Assembly: GCA_013416795.1 (NCBI GenBank)
Contig: RQSC01001105.1
Location: forward strand, 14,046-42,688
Direction of reading: 5' to 3'
Source of the DNA: Prasinococcaceae sp. CCMP 1430
Taxonomy: Eukaryota; Plantae; Prasinodermophyta
Length of the DNA: 28,643 nucleotides
Shown here: positions 17,400 through 26,959 of the stretch, in pieces
Layout: every line of letters begins with the position of its first letter
Numbering within the stretch: position 1 is the stretch's first letter
Made by a program: the position numbers and the translations under genes
The notes under the pieces: generated by a model
Seen by the model: only the letters and a program-made list of their open reading frames with translations
The model's database searches: none
Told to the model about the DNA's origin: nothing

Positions 17400-19480
17400 T
17401 CAGAGCAAGCTCGGCGGGCCGCCTTTGCTGCCTGGCGGTCGCGCGTCCCTCGGACCGCCGCGCCCACCGGCGCCTCCGCCGATGCCCTTGAAGAGCTCGG
17501 AGCGCGCCTCTCCATGCATCTTGCCCCGCGAGAGCGCCTGTCGCTCCTGTTGCTGCCGAAGGCCGCTCGTTCCAAACACCGAACCGCTGCCAAGTTGCGA
17601 GCTACCCATTCGAGATGTGCCCCGGACGCTCCCACCACCGGTGCCGCCGCCGCCGCTGCCGCCCGCAGATTCGGCGTGCCACCCAGCCATCAGCGAGGAC
17701 AAGCCACCGCCAACGCCACCGCGCGCGTGCGCGCGCTTGCGCGCGCCCACCGCCGCGGCTTCCTCAGCGCTCGCAACGTCATCCACACCAACACACACGT
17801 AGTCGTCGATGACAGAGCGATCCATCACGGACATGTCCCCCACAAGCCTTCCGAGAGGATCGAGTCCATTGGCGTTGCTCACGGCCATCGCAGCCTCGCT
17901 CGACAGTGGAGGCATCGGAGCTCCGTTGGCCAGGACAGCGGTCGCAAGGGGCGGATAATGGCGCGCACGCTGCGCCATGCCCCGTTGCTGCTGCTGCTGC
18001 CACTCCGATCGAGCTGGTTGCTGATGCTGCACGTCGGGGTATCTATCGACAGGAGCTGGCTGGCCGTGCTGCTGCACGCCCCTGCTGTGCGGTGTCTTCC
18101 CCCGCAGCAGCTCTGTCCCGCGCCCTGCCTGTTGGCGGCCGCCAGCGTCGCTCGCGCCATTTCTGCTGCGAGCGTTTGGCGCCCTATCGGCCAAGTCGGC
18201 ACTCGTAAATGCGGTATCCGCGGTCAAGAACTTGGCGAGCATGTCATCGGCGGCCGCGCTGCCGTACTGCAGGGGAGCGCCGCCACTGTTCAAAGGGTTC
18301 TGCCGATGCTGCTGCCGTTCCTGCCCACCGCGCTCATGGTGGTGCTGCGCGTGCTCTCTGGCGTGGGCTGGCACGACCGCTGAGTAGGCCTGCGCGCCCT
18401 CAACACCCGCCGCGCTGTCCTCCGCCCGGATCCTCGCCGAGCGCGCAGCCTGCTCCTCTGCGAGCTCTTGCTTCCTGCGCGCGCGTGTTGCGTCCCTCTC
18501 CGCTTTCCCCGCCTCGCGCTCTGCCCTGTACTCTTTCTCGAGCTCGTCGAGCTTGGCCTGCGTCAGATCCGCGAGCAGCGCCGCTGTCAGGATCTCGTGC
18601 AGATCGTCCAGCGGCAGCGACGGCAGCCATGAGCGAATGTGCACCACGATCTCCTCGAAGTCATCCATGCGCAGCGCGTGCGCCTCGGTCTCCTCGAGCA
18701 GCTGCAGGCCGAGCTGCATGACCACCAGCATGGAACGCTCCGCCAGCACGATATCCAGAACGCGGCTCGCGAAACGCAGCGGGTACTCAGTCGAGAAGAG
18801 CGTCAGGAACCAGCCGCTCGCGTACAGCACTGGGCCGATGCCAAAGTCGGCGAGATGCGCGGCGAGCCGAGGGCAACGCTCCCGCAGCAGCCTCTCCAGC
18901 TGGAACATGCGAAGCTGCAGCATGTCCATGTCGGGCAGGTAGTATTCGCGGAGGCCCGCCGCGAACATCAGTGAGCACAAAGCGTCGAACACCTCGCTCT
19001 CATGCTCGAGGTACATGAGCAGCATGCCGCCCACGAAGTTCATGCCCTGGCAGTACGCGACGCCGCTGTCGTACACCGAGTACGCGCACAGCACGCGGTA
19101 TAGCGGCGCTCGGCCGGGCCCGCGCTCGCCGCGGAAGAGCGGGTGGGTGGGAAAGGTGCGCGGCACGTCGCGCTCTATAAGCTGGCGCACGCTCTCCTCG
19201 GGAAGCTTGTCGCGCAGGTGGCTGTAGCCTTTGTCGCGCTGCGAGTGCAGCAGCCCGAGCCACATCTGGCGCCGCGTGTCGCGGCTTACCGAGGCGTACA
19301 TCCGCCCGCCACGCACGTGCGCCATGGGCACCTGCACGTCGACGCGGTCGTCTCCCCCGGTGAGCCGCTGATCCGAGGCGCGTCGCCTCTCGGCAATGTC
19401 GTCCGCGATGGCCATCACCTGGCCGCGCATCGCCGCGGCCGCGCCGGCGAGGCCCGAGCCCGCGCGCCGCGCCGCCTTCG
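17400..19480 (-). CDS. TBC-domain Rab GTPase-activating protein (EVI5/GYP-like); 5' end at the N gap, first ATG after the gap at 19430
   Basis: LIERDVPRTFP (Arg finger), AYCQGMNFVGGMLL (Gln finger) and YASGWFLTLFS, followed by a coiled coil and a long low-complexity tail. Confidence 0.9.
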
Positions 19481-19481
19481 N
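19481..19481. other. Single-N scaffold gap
   Basis: n in the sequence; composition changes abruptly across it. Confidence 0.9.
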
Positions 19482-19590
19482 AAGCAGGAGGAGAAAAAGA
19501 AGGCCGCGCAAGCGAAGGTCATTGAGAAGTTCTTAGCGACGACGTCATCCGACGAGCTCTTGAAGCTTGATAATTTGGAGAAGCTGTGGC

Positions 19591-20472
19591 ATGCCGAGGC
19601 CCTCGCGCGTGCGCGGGGTGGCGCGCGGCGACTGGGGCGCGCGGCTGGCAGCCGTGGACGTGCCCAAGGACGTGCTCGCCAGGGTGGTCGCGGAGCACCT
19701 GCTCAAGGAGGGCCACGTGGAGGCCGCGCAGGCGTTCGCAGCCGAGGCAGGCCCCGCCGCAGCCGACGCGTGCGACCCAGAAGCAATCGCGTGCGCGCGG
19801 CGCCGGGCCTCTGCGCGCAGCGCCATCGCAGGCGGGGACGTGATGCGCGCGGTGGAGGCCGCCGGTGGGGCAGAGGCGCTCGGGCCGGAGCTCACGTTCA
19901 GATTGCACAGGCAAAGGGTCATCGAACTCGCGTGCGCCGGCGACTCGAGCGGCGCGCTCGAGTACGCCGCCGAGCATCTCGCGCCTGCCGCTGCCTTGGA
20001 CGCCAGCGGGGCGCTGCTCGAGTCGCTCGAGAGCGCGGTGTCGCTGGTGGCCTTCGACGACCCGCGCTCGAGTCCCATGGCCGAGCTTGCCGGCGACGCC
20101 GAGCGCCGCGGGGTGGCGGACGCGCTCAATGCGCACATGCTGCGCAGGGAGGGGCGCGGCGGCGCCGACAGTGCCATGCAAGGCCTGCTCAGGCAGATCG
20201 CCTACGCCGAGGAAAAGGTCTGTGGAAGCGCCAATGCAGTAGAGGCCGCGATCTTCTGAGCGCGCACCCTCGCCTGCTCTCTCGCGCTGACAGCCTGGGC
20301 ACCCGCCGTCGACCTCACCCTCCGTGCGCCCCAGATCAAGACCTCGGGGGCGCCCACGCTCGAGGCAACGAGTGGTGTGGTGGTCGATCGCGAGGGGCGC
20401 AGTGTGGTCAAGCCCTACCCCGCCGGCGCGACACCCTTCGCCGAGGGCGCGGCCGCTGCTGACGAGGAGTGA
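19591..20472 (+). CDS. GID8: GID8/TWA1-like LisH-CTLH-CRA protein; exons 19591-20217 and 20335-20472
   Basis: ARGDWGARLAAVDVPKDVLARVVAEHLLKEGHVEAAQAF (LisH), FRLHRQRVIEL (CTLH), SLVAFDDPRSSPMAEL...VADALN (CRA). The intron 20218-20334 has GTCTGT...GCTGAC...CAG. Confidence 0.88.
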
Positions 20473-20571
20473 GCGATCCATCCTGTAGCATTAGCATCTA
20501 GAAATCTACAGCCTACGAAGCTAGTGCGTCGCGCCAGGCCTCGAGCTCCCTGCCCCGCTTCGCAGCCCCTC

Positions 20572-21987
20572 TTAGCTGCCGCGTTCGGCGCCCTTGGCCG
20601 CCACGTGGTTTGGGAAGGCGCAGCGCGCGACCTCCTCCCACCGCTCGTTCGGCAGCTGCGCGCCAACGCAGCCCACGGCAGCGGCGCCAGCCGCGCACCC
20701 GGCGCGCGCGGCGGTGGCCGTCATGGTAGCGAGCTCGCCCGCCCCGAGCGTGCCGAGCTCGACAGCGCCTGTACCGCCTGCCAGGAACAGCGCCCAGAGC
20801 AGTGCAGCCGCGTACGAGTCGCCCGCGCCCGTGGTGTCGACTACCCGATCCACGCGAGGCGCGGCAACTCTCTGCGGCTCCGCGCAGCCACGCGAGCGCA
20901 CCAGGGCCCCGTCGGCGCCCAGCGAGCATGAGGCCACCAGCACGCCACAGTCCTCCACGGCGAACGCTAGTGCATCGCGCGCGACGGCACGCTTGGTGGC
21001 GGCGTCCATGCCCCCGCTGCCCCCACGCGACTCGCCCTCGTCCTCAAGCAGCGCGTGCGCCTCGTCCTCATTCATCAGCAGCACGTCCACCGCGCGTGAG
21101 AGCAGCAGGCGTCGGAGCGGTGCCCGCCGCACTCGCACGAGCTCCCACGACGCCAGGTCGAGGCTCACGCGCGCCCCCGCGCGCCTCGCGGCGTCACACG
21201 CCGCCTCGGCGAGGCCTTCCTTCCAGAGCTGATATCCCTCAATTGCGAGCACGAGTGGGCCGGCGCGGTCCTGGCCGCCCTCGCTGCGCGGTGGCATCGC
21301 ACCACCGGCGGCGCTCGCCAGGTCGCCCGCCCGCATCTCCGCGGCCGCCCCAAGGAATGGCCGCATCGTGCGCTGACCGGTGGCGTCAACCACGGCCGTG
21401 CACACGCCAGTGGGCGTCTCCGGCGCGCGCGCGAGCAGTGGCCTGACCCCTGCGGCCGAGAGTGCCGCCGCGTACGCCTCGCCCCGAGCGTCGTTCCCGA
21501 CCTTGCCGACGAACGCCACGGAAGGGGTGGGAGCGTCCTCGCCCCCTCCCGGGCCCGCCGCGCTCGCCCTGACCAGCGCGGCCACCCCACGCGCCACGTT
21601 GGCTGCCGACCCGCCCGGAGTCTCGACGACGGCTGCGCCCGCCGCCTCGGCCGCTTCGAGCAGCGCGTGCGCGGCTTCGCGCGAGACTGGGTGCGAGCCG
21701 CCGGCGTCGGCGTCGGCGATGCCCACCGTGGCCAGTGGCGCGGCGCCGAGCCTCACGACGGCGTCGACCAGCGGGTCGCCCAGGGCGATCAGGGCGGGTG
21801 CGGGCGGCGGCACCGCCATCGTGCTCGCGTCGGTGCCACCGCCGCGGTGTGGCGCGCAGCGGCGGTGGGGCGGCGGCGGCTGCGAGCGCCAAGTGGCGAG
21901 GGTATGTCCAAACCCTCCTGCACGCAGCGCCACACGCGACGCGCGGCGCGGCGCGGCGTTGCGGGACGCAGCGCGGCGCGGCGGCAC
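20572..21987 (-). CDS. PfkB-family sugar/nucleoside kinase (resembles plant plastid nucleoside/inosine kinases); 5' end at the N gap
   Basis: LGDPLVD, PGGSAANVARG, GKVGNDARG, GQRTMRPFLG, SLDLASWELVR, MNEDEA and DTTGAGDSY motifs. Confidence 0.9.
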   Translation of the reverse strand: MPPRRAASRNAAPRRASRVALRAGGFGHTLATWRSQPPPPHRRCAPHRGGGTDASTMAVPPPAPALIALGDPLVDAVVRLGAAPLATVGIADADAGGSHPVSREAAHALLEAAEAAGAAVVETPGGSAANVARGVAALVRASAAGPGGGEDAPTPSVAFVGKVGNDARGEAYAAALSAAGVRPLLARAPETPTGVCTAVVDATGQRTMRPFLGAAAEMRAGDLASAAGGAMPPRSEGGQDRAGPLVLAIEGYQLWKEGLAEAACDAARRAGARVSLDLASWELVRVRRAPLRRLLLSRAVDVLLMNEDEAHALLEDEGESRGGSGGMDAATKRAVARDALAFAVEDCGVLVASCSLGADGALVRSRGCAEPQRVAAPRVDRVVDTTGAGDSYAAALLWALFLAGGTGAVELGTLGAGELATMTATAARAGCAAGAAAVGCVGAQLPNERWEEVARCAFPNHVAAKGAERGS

Positions 21988-21988
21988 N
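21988..21988. other. Single-N scaffold gap
   Basis: n in the sequence, between the divergent PfkB and TMEM161-like genes. Confidence 0.9.
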
Positions 21989-22005
21989 TCGCGCGATCGG
22001 CGCCC

Positions 22006-23388
22006 ATGTTCGGTCTGCTCGACACGGCAATCGCGCTACTCGTCGGCGGGGCGGCGAGCGCGCTCGCGTGTGCCGTTGGCGCGTCACTTGGCAACCGCTG
22101 GGCTTGGGGGCCGCTCTACGCATGCGCGGTGGTGGCGGTCGGTGCATGCCTCACGCTGGGCGCAACGCTCGCCGGCAACGGCAGCGGCGTGCGGCCAGGC
22201 GCCGCCGAGCGCATGGCGGCCGCCGCTCGTGGGACGGTCGCGCTGCCGGCTGCGCTCGCGCTCGCGGCCGCGCCCGAGCGACTGCTCGGCTTCGGCGTCG
22301 AGCGCGCGGCAGCCGCCGCGCCCGTCGCCTTCGAGTGCCTTGCGGCGCGCATGCACGCGCTCGCTGGCGAGGAGAGTGGCGGCGTGGTGGCCGAGGCGCT
22401 CGATGCGGACGCAGCTGCGGAGGCGGCGGCGCCTCTGCGCATGGCGCTGGCGATGTGCGGCGCGCTCGCATGCGGCGTGTGTGTACCGGCAGCCGCGCGC
22501 TGGGCTCGCGCGTACGCGCTCGCTACGCAGCCGCCGCACTGGGCGGACGGCTTCGTGGGCGCGGGCGCCATGGGGCGGACGGCGATGCACGCCGCCTTCG
22601 TTGTTCCCATGCTGGCGGCGCTCGTTTGGGTCGCGCCGGCGGCGAGGGACGTCATCGCCCCGCCGGAGCTCGCACCATACGAAGCTTTTGCCGACGCGCC
22701 GGGGGTGAGTGGCAGCAGCATGCGCGCGCGCGCAGCAACGCGCACATCTCGCGCGTCCTCGCGCGGGTGTGCGCATCCGTCCTGTCGCGCCCCATACCAG
22801 AGGCGCGCTTGCACCTGTCGCATGCACACGCACGTGTCGCGCCCATGCGTTGCACTACTGACCTCCAACTTCGAACCCGGTGGTACATCCTCGCGCTCGG
22901 CTACCCGTTCCCCCCGCCCGCAGCGCCTGAGCGAGTCCGAGTGGGAGCTCCGCCTGCGCCTCGTACGGTGGGTCCAGGCGAGCGCAGCCCTCCTGGCAGC
23001 GCTCGCGCGGCTGTTCGCGGCGCGCCCCGCGCTGCAGGGCTTTCTGGACAGCGCGCTCGTGCGCTGGTACGCCTACCGCCACGGTGGAGATCACAGCGCG
23101 CGCGCGCGCGCGACAGTGCGCCTCGGCTTGGAGCAGGTCAACCTGCTTGCCAACAAGGCCGCGCTTCAATTCGTGGCCCCCGCAGTCATTTCGGTAGGCC
23201 TCGCGGCGCCGCTCGTGCTGTGGGAGCTCGCGCCGCCACGGGTGCACGACGACGCGTGCGCGAACGCAGCGTTCGCACTGGCGATGCCCGCCCTCAGCTT
23301 TGGCACGATGTGGGTGAACCTCTCGTGGGTCGTGAGCGTTCTCGTTGCCCTTTTCGCCACTCGAAGCGGCCTCATGGGCTCATCGTGA
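22006..23388 (+). CDS. TMEM161: TMEM161-like multi-pass membrane protein; exons 22006-22704 and 22924-23388; 5' possibly partial
   Basis: Multiple hydrophobic helices. ARLFAARPALQGFL...NKAALQFVAPAVI resembles the TMEM161 C-terminal half. The intron has GTGAGT...CTGAC...CAG. Confidence 0.7.
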   Translation: MFGLLDTAIALLVGGAASALACAVGASLGNRWAWGPLYACAVVAVGACLTLGATLAGNGSGVRPGAAERMAAAARGTVALPAALALAAAPERLLGFGVERAAAAAPVAFECLAARMHALAGEESGGVVAEALDADAAAEAAAPLRMALAMCGALACGVCVPAAARWARAYALATQPPHWADGFVGAGAMGRTAMHAAFVVPMLAALVWVAPAARDVIAPPELAPYEAFADAPGVSGSSMRARAATRTSRASSRGCAHPSCRAPYQRRACTCRMHTHVSRPCVALLTSNFEPGGTSSRSATRSPRPQRLSESEWELRLRLVRWVQASAALLAALARLFAARPALQGFLDSALVRWYAYRHGGDHSARARATVRLGLEQVNLLANKAALQFVAPAVISVGLAAPLVLWELAPPRVHDDACANAAFALAMPALSFGTMWVNLSWVVSVLVALFATRSGLMGSS

Positions 23389-23752
23389 GAGGTCGGCAGG
23401 GGTCTGGAGTTGCGCGGGCGTGTGCCGACGCGCATCTCCGCATGTGCTGGCCGTCGTGCTGCATCATCAAAAGATTGCGTTGCGTGGAGGAAGGAAATTG
23501 CAAGCGATCGTAATCTATAGTACTGTACTGTACTAGCCACCTGCTGGGCGGCCCTAGGAGAGGCTGCCGCCGGCCACCGCGCGGACTCGTGTGGCACCTG
23601 CTGCGCCCCCCGCCCCCCCTACCCCTCCCCTCTCCTCCCCCTTCCTGCGGACACGCGGCAGCTGCGCGTGCTCCGGCGCGCAAACACTCCCCCCACCGCT
23701 CCAGGCCGGCTGTGGTGCAGAATTGGGGTGCGGGAGCTTTTTGGCAGGGTTA

Positions 23753-25229
23753 ATGAGATCGCAGAGCGCCCGGGCGCGCCACGCGCGCGCGCGCGATCCG
23801 AAACGTGTGGCGCGCGCGGGGAGGCGGTGGCAGAGCGCGCAGCCCGCGGCAGCGCAGGGGTGGGGCGGTGTGTGTGGGGGGACGCGCACGCGGCCGTCGC
23901 GCGGCGCACGCTCGGCGCCGGAGCGCTCGAGGTCCCGGAGGTCTGCCTCGGCACCATGACGTGGGGCGAGCAAAACACCGAGACGGAGGCGCACGCGCAG
24001 CTCGACTACGCCGTCAGCGAGAAAGGAATCAATTTCATAGACACAGCGGAGCTCTATCCGGTGAGCTCGCCGCTGCGAGCGCGCGAGGGCCCACGTGCCG
24101 CCGCAGACTGAGCCGCTTGCAACACGCCCGCTGGCAGCTCGCTCGCTGACCCTCCCCGCGCCGCGTCTGCGCACACGCGGGCAGGTGCCGGCCAAGGAGG
24201 AGACGCAAGGGCGCACTGACAGGTACATTGGCTCGTGGCTGAGGGGTGTCAAGCGCGAGGATGTCACAATCGCAACGAAGGTCTGCGGGTACTCGGATCG
24301 CCTGCGGTGGTTCCGCGAGGCGGAGGGCCAGCCGACGCGCGTCTCCGCCGCACAGATCGCCGAGAGCGTCGACCGCAGCCTAGCACGGCTGGGTACGGAC
24401 TACATTGACTTGCTGCAACTCCACTGGCCCGACCGATACGTGCCACTGTTCGGCGCGGGCGCATACGACGCCAAGGAGCACAGGCAGGACACCGTGCCAA
24501 TCGAGGAGCAGCTGGAGGCGCTGGCGCGGCTGCGCGACGCGGGCAAAGTGAAGTTCGTCGGGCTCTCCAACGAAACGAGTTTCGGGGTGATGCGATTTGT
24601 CGGTGCCGCCGAGGCGTCGCAGAATGCCTCGCTGCCGCGCGTCGTCAGCATACAAAACGCATACTCGCTCAACGTGCGGGGCGCTTTCGAGACCGATCTC
24701 GTGGAGACCTGCGCGCCGCACAACTGCAACGTGAGCCTGCTTGCGTATTCCCCGCTCGCTGGGGGCACCCTCACGGGCAAGTACCTGGAAGACGAGTCGG
24801 ATCCTCGCGCGAGAATGAACGCGTACACGAACTACATGAATCGATACCGCAACCAAAGGGCGCGCGAGGCGACCGCGGCGTACGTGGCGCTCGCTCGAGC
24901 ACATGGGCTCACTCCCACACAGGTGCGGCGCGCCGATCGCGTCGACTGTTTGCGCGTGGAGTCCGCACGGCGGCGCTCGTTGGCGTGCACGCCCTGCTGG
25001 TCCTCGTGCGAGTGCACCTCGCTGACGCGCGCTGGTGCACCGCGTGCTTTTGCAGCTCGCTCTGGGCTTCTGCCGCTCGCGCCCGTTCATGGGCTCAACC
25101 ATCGTCGGGGCAACCTCGTTGGAACAGCTCAAGGAGAACATTGAAACCTTCGAAATGGAAGCGCTGACTCCGGACGTGCTCGAGGCCATCGATGAGATCT
25201 ACAGCGAGTATCGCGATCCCGCCAATTGA
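23753..25229 (+). CDS. Aldo-keto reductase (Tas-like); exons ?-24060, 24185-24922, 25056-25229; start uncertain (nearest ATG at 23753 is out of frame)
   Basis: VPEVCLGTMTWGE...NFIDTAELYP|VP...IATKV...LLQLHWPDR...GLSNET...SIQNAYSL...YSPLAGGTLTGKY...TQ|LALGF...IVGATSLEQLKENI. Catalytic D/Y/K/H are present. Confidence 0.92.
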
Positions 25230-25403
25230 CGAGCATCGCGAATCCCTGTGGGCGGTGGCACTGCACAGAATCACCTTCGTTACTCAAGCGCCTTGCCACG
25301 TGCGCGCGGCGCGCGCGCGACGGAGAGCGCCAGCACTGCGCGCACGGTAGGACACACCCGGCGCGGGCCCGCTCGCACATTCGCAGCGGGACTGCCACCG
25401 ACA

Positions 25404-26612
25404 TCACCGGGCCTCCTTGCTCCCCAGCGTCAGCACATGGGCCTTGTCGTTCAAGTGCACGGCGGGGCTGCGATACTCCTCGTGAATTTTGTCGACGGCC
25501 GCGTTGAGCTCCTCGGGCAGTGCCTCCAGCGACAGTGCTGCCACGCACTCCTCGCATTGCTTCACCGAGGCGGTGCCAGTAATGATCGAAGCGTTGAACC
25601 ACTTGTCGCGAGCCCAAGCGAGCGCAAGTTGCAGCGGCGTGAGGCCCCACTCGGCCGCCAGCTTGGCATACGCGCGTCCCGCCTCAACCGCCAGGGGATA
25701 GAAGTATCTCGGCTGAAAATCCTTGCACTTGTTGTGACGCCAATCGCTCGGGTTGCCACGCTCAGGATCTTTGGCAAACTGCTCTGGGTTGTCGTACTTG
25801 CCCGTCAGAATCCCCCCTGCCAAGCAGCCGTACGGCAGGCCCACGACGCCAAATCTGTGGCACGCCTCGAGCGTGTCGGCCTCGTAGATCCTGTTTGTGA
25901 GCGAAAAGTCGTTCTGCAGCGTCACGGGGCGTGGCACGCCGAGGCGGTCGCACGTGGTGCAGAAAATGGTCACGCCGTACGCGTTCTCGTTGCTCAAGCC
26001 CCAGTGTTTAATGAGGCCGAGCTCGAGCAGGCGCCCGATTGAGCGCACCTGGTCTTCGAAGACGCTCAAGTCGCCCTCGTCGAAAGCCTGCACGGCCCTG
26101 TGCGACCTCCCCGGATGGAACGAGGCGCACCCGAACACTGGGGTGTCGCGCGTGGGCCAATGCAGCTGGTACAGGTCCACGTATTCGCACTGCAGCCGCT
26201 CGATGCTCGCCCGGCAAGACGCCTCGAGCGCGTCTCCAACAAAGCCGTGCGGCTTGCCGGTGCCGCCGACGCCGTTGGGGTTGCATTTGGTGGCGATGAC
26301 GAGGTCTTTGCGCGCGATCGCGCCCGAGGCCGTGCGGTCGGCGAGCCAGTTGCCCATCCATTGCTCGGTTGTCTTCCCGTAGTCCCACGCGACCGGATAC
26401 AGCTCAGCGGTGTCGAAAAAGTTCACGCCCAGCGCGACCATCCGGTCCATCTGCGCGTGCGCCTGCGCCTCCTCGCCGTTGAAGCTGCCCCAGCACATCG
26501 TGCCGCAGCAAGCCTCCGTCACCTCCAGCCCGCTACGACCCAGCGAGACCTTCCTGAGCCCTCGCGTGCCAATGCGCGCGCGCGGCTCGGCGCTGTCCGC
26601 GGGGGCGGCCAT
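25404..26612 (-). CDS. Aldo-keto reductase (Tas-like), intronless, 402 aa
   Basis: LGRSGLEVTEACCGTMCWG...NFFDTAELYP...IATKC...LYQLHWPTR...WGLSNEN...LQNDFSL...LAGGILTGKY...LQLALAW. Catalytic D/Y/K/H are present. Confidence 0.93.
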   Translation of the reverse strand: MAAPADSAEPRARIGTRGLRKVSLGRSGLEVTEACCGTMCWGSFNGEEAQAHAQMDRMVALGVNFFDTAELYPVAWDYGKTTEQWMGNWLADRTASGAIARKDLVIATKCNPNGVGGTGKPHGFVGDALEASCRASIERLQCEYVDLYQLHWPTRDTPVFGCASFHPGRSHRAVQAFDEGDLSVFEDQVRSIGRLLELGLIKHWGLSNENAYGVTIFCTTCDRLGVPRPVTLQNDFSLTNRIYEADTLEACHRFGVVGLPYGCLAGGILTGKYDNPEQFAKDPERGNPSDWRHNKCKDFQPRYFYPLAVEAGRAYAKLAAEWGLTPLQLALAWARDKWFNASIITGTASVKQCEECVAALSLEALPEELNAAVDKIHEEYRSPAVHLNDKAHVLTLGSKEAR

Positions 26613-26959
26613 GGCGGCTGGATCCGCGGCGCGCCCCACTGACCGGCCGAAGGCGGCAGCAAACTACTTCCCCCACCCACCCTTCCACCCACCCACTTCC
26701 GACTTGCGGCGCTGCACCGGGCCACACAGCCGCGCACTGTGTGGCGCGGCCTGGCCCCGAGTGCGCGTGCGCGCGCAGCGTGCTGTGTCTCCGATTAGGG
26801 CTTTGGGTTGCGGTCGAATGAATATGGTTTTCATTGGAGGGTCCATCAAGGCGTGGCCGGAGCGCGCATGCTGCTGCCGCACATGCGAACCACGCGCATG
26901 CGTACACACGTTGTCTGGGCGCTACTGCGCGCCGCGCCTCCACCGCCGCGCGGGCCTCC

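Noticed and set aside
20218-20259. GID8 ending at the TGA at 20257-20259, as in the ORF track
   Set aside because: That stop lies inside a well-formed intron (20218-20334); the spliced form ends at 20472.
2416-23388. Functional cluster of endomembrane genes (UFL1, UNC-50, PRA1, TBC GAP, TMEM161)
   Set aside because: These are common housekeeping families interspersed with unrelated genes; chance adjacency is sufficient without synteny data.
23517-23537. Helitron 3' end (small hairpin followed by CTAG)
   Set aside because: The hairpin is too short and not spaced as in Helitrons, and no matching 5' end was found; it is better explained as an AT-rich 3'-end patch.
7338-25055. Introner-like repeated introns, as known from Micromonas
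   Set aside because: The short introns share only donor, CTGAC branch and CAG acceptor signals; their bodies are not similar by eye.
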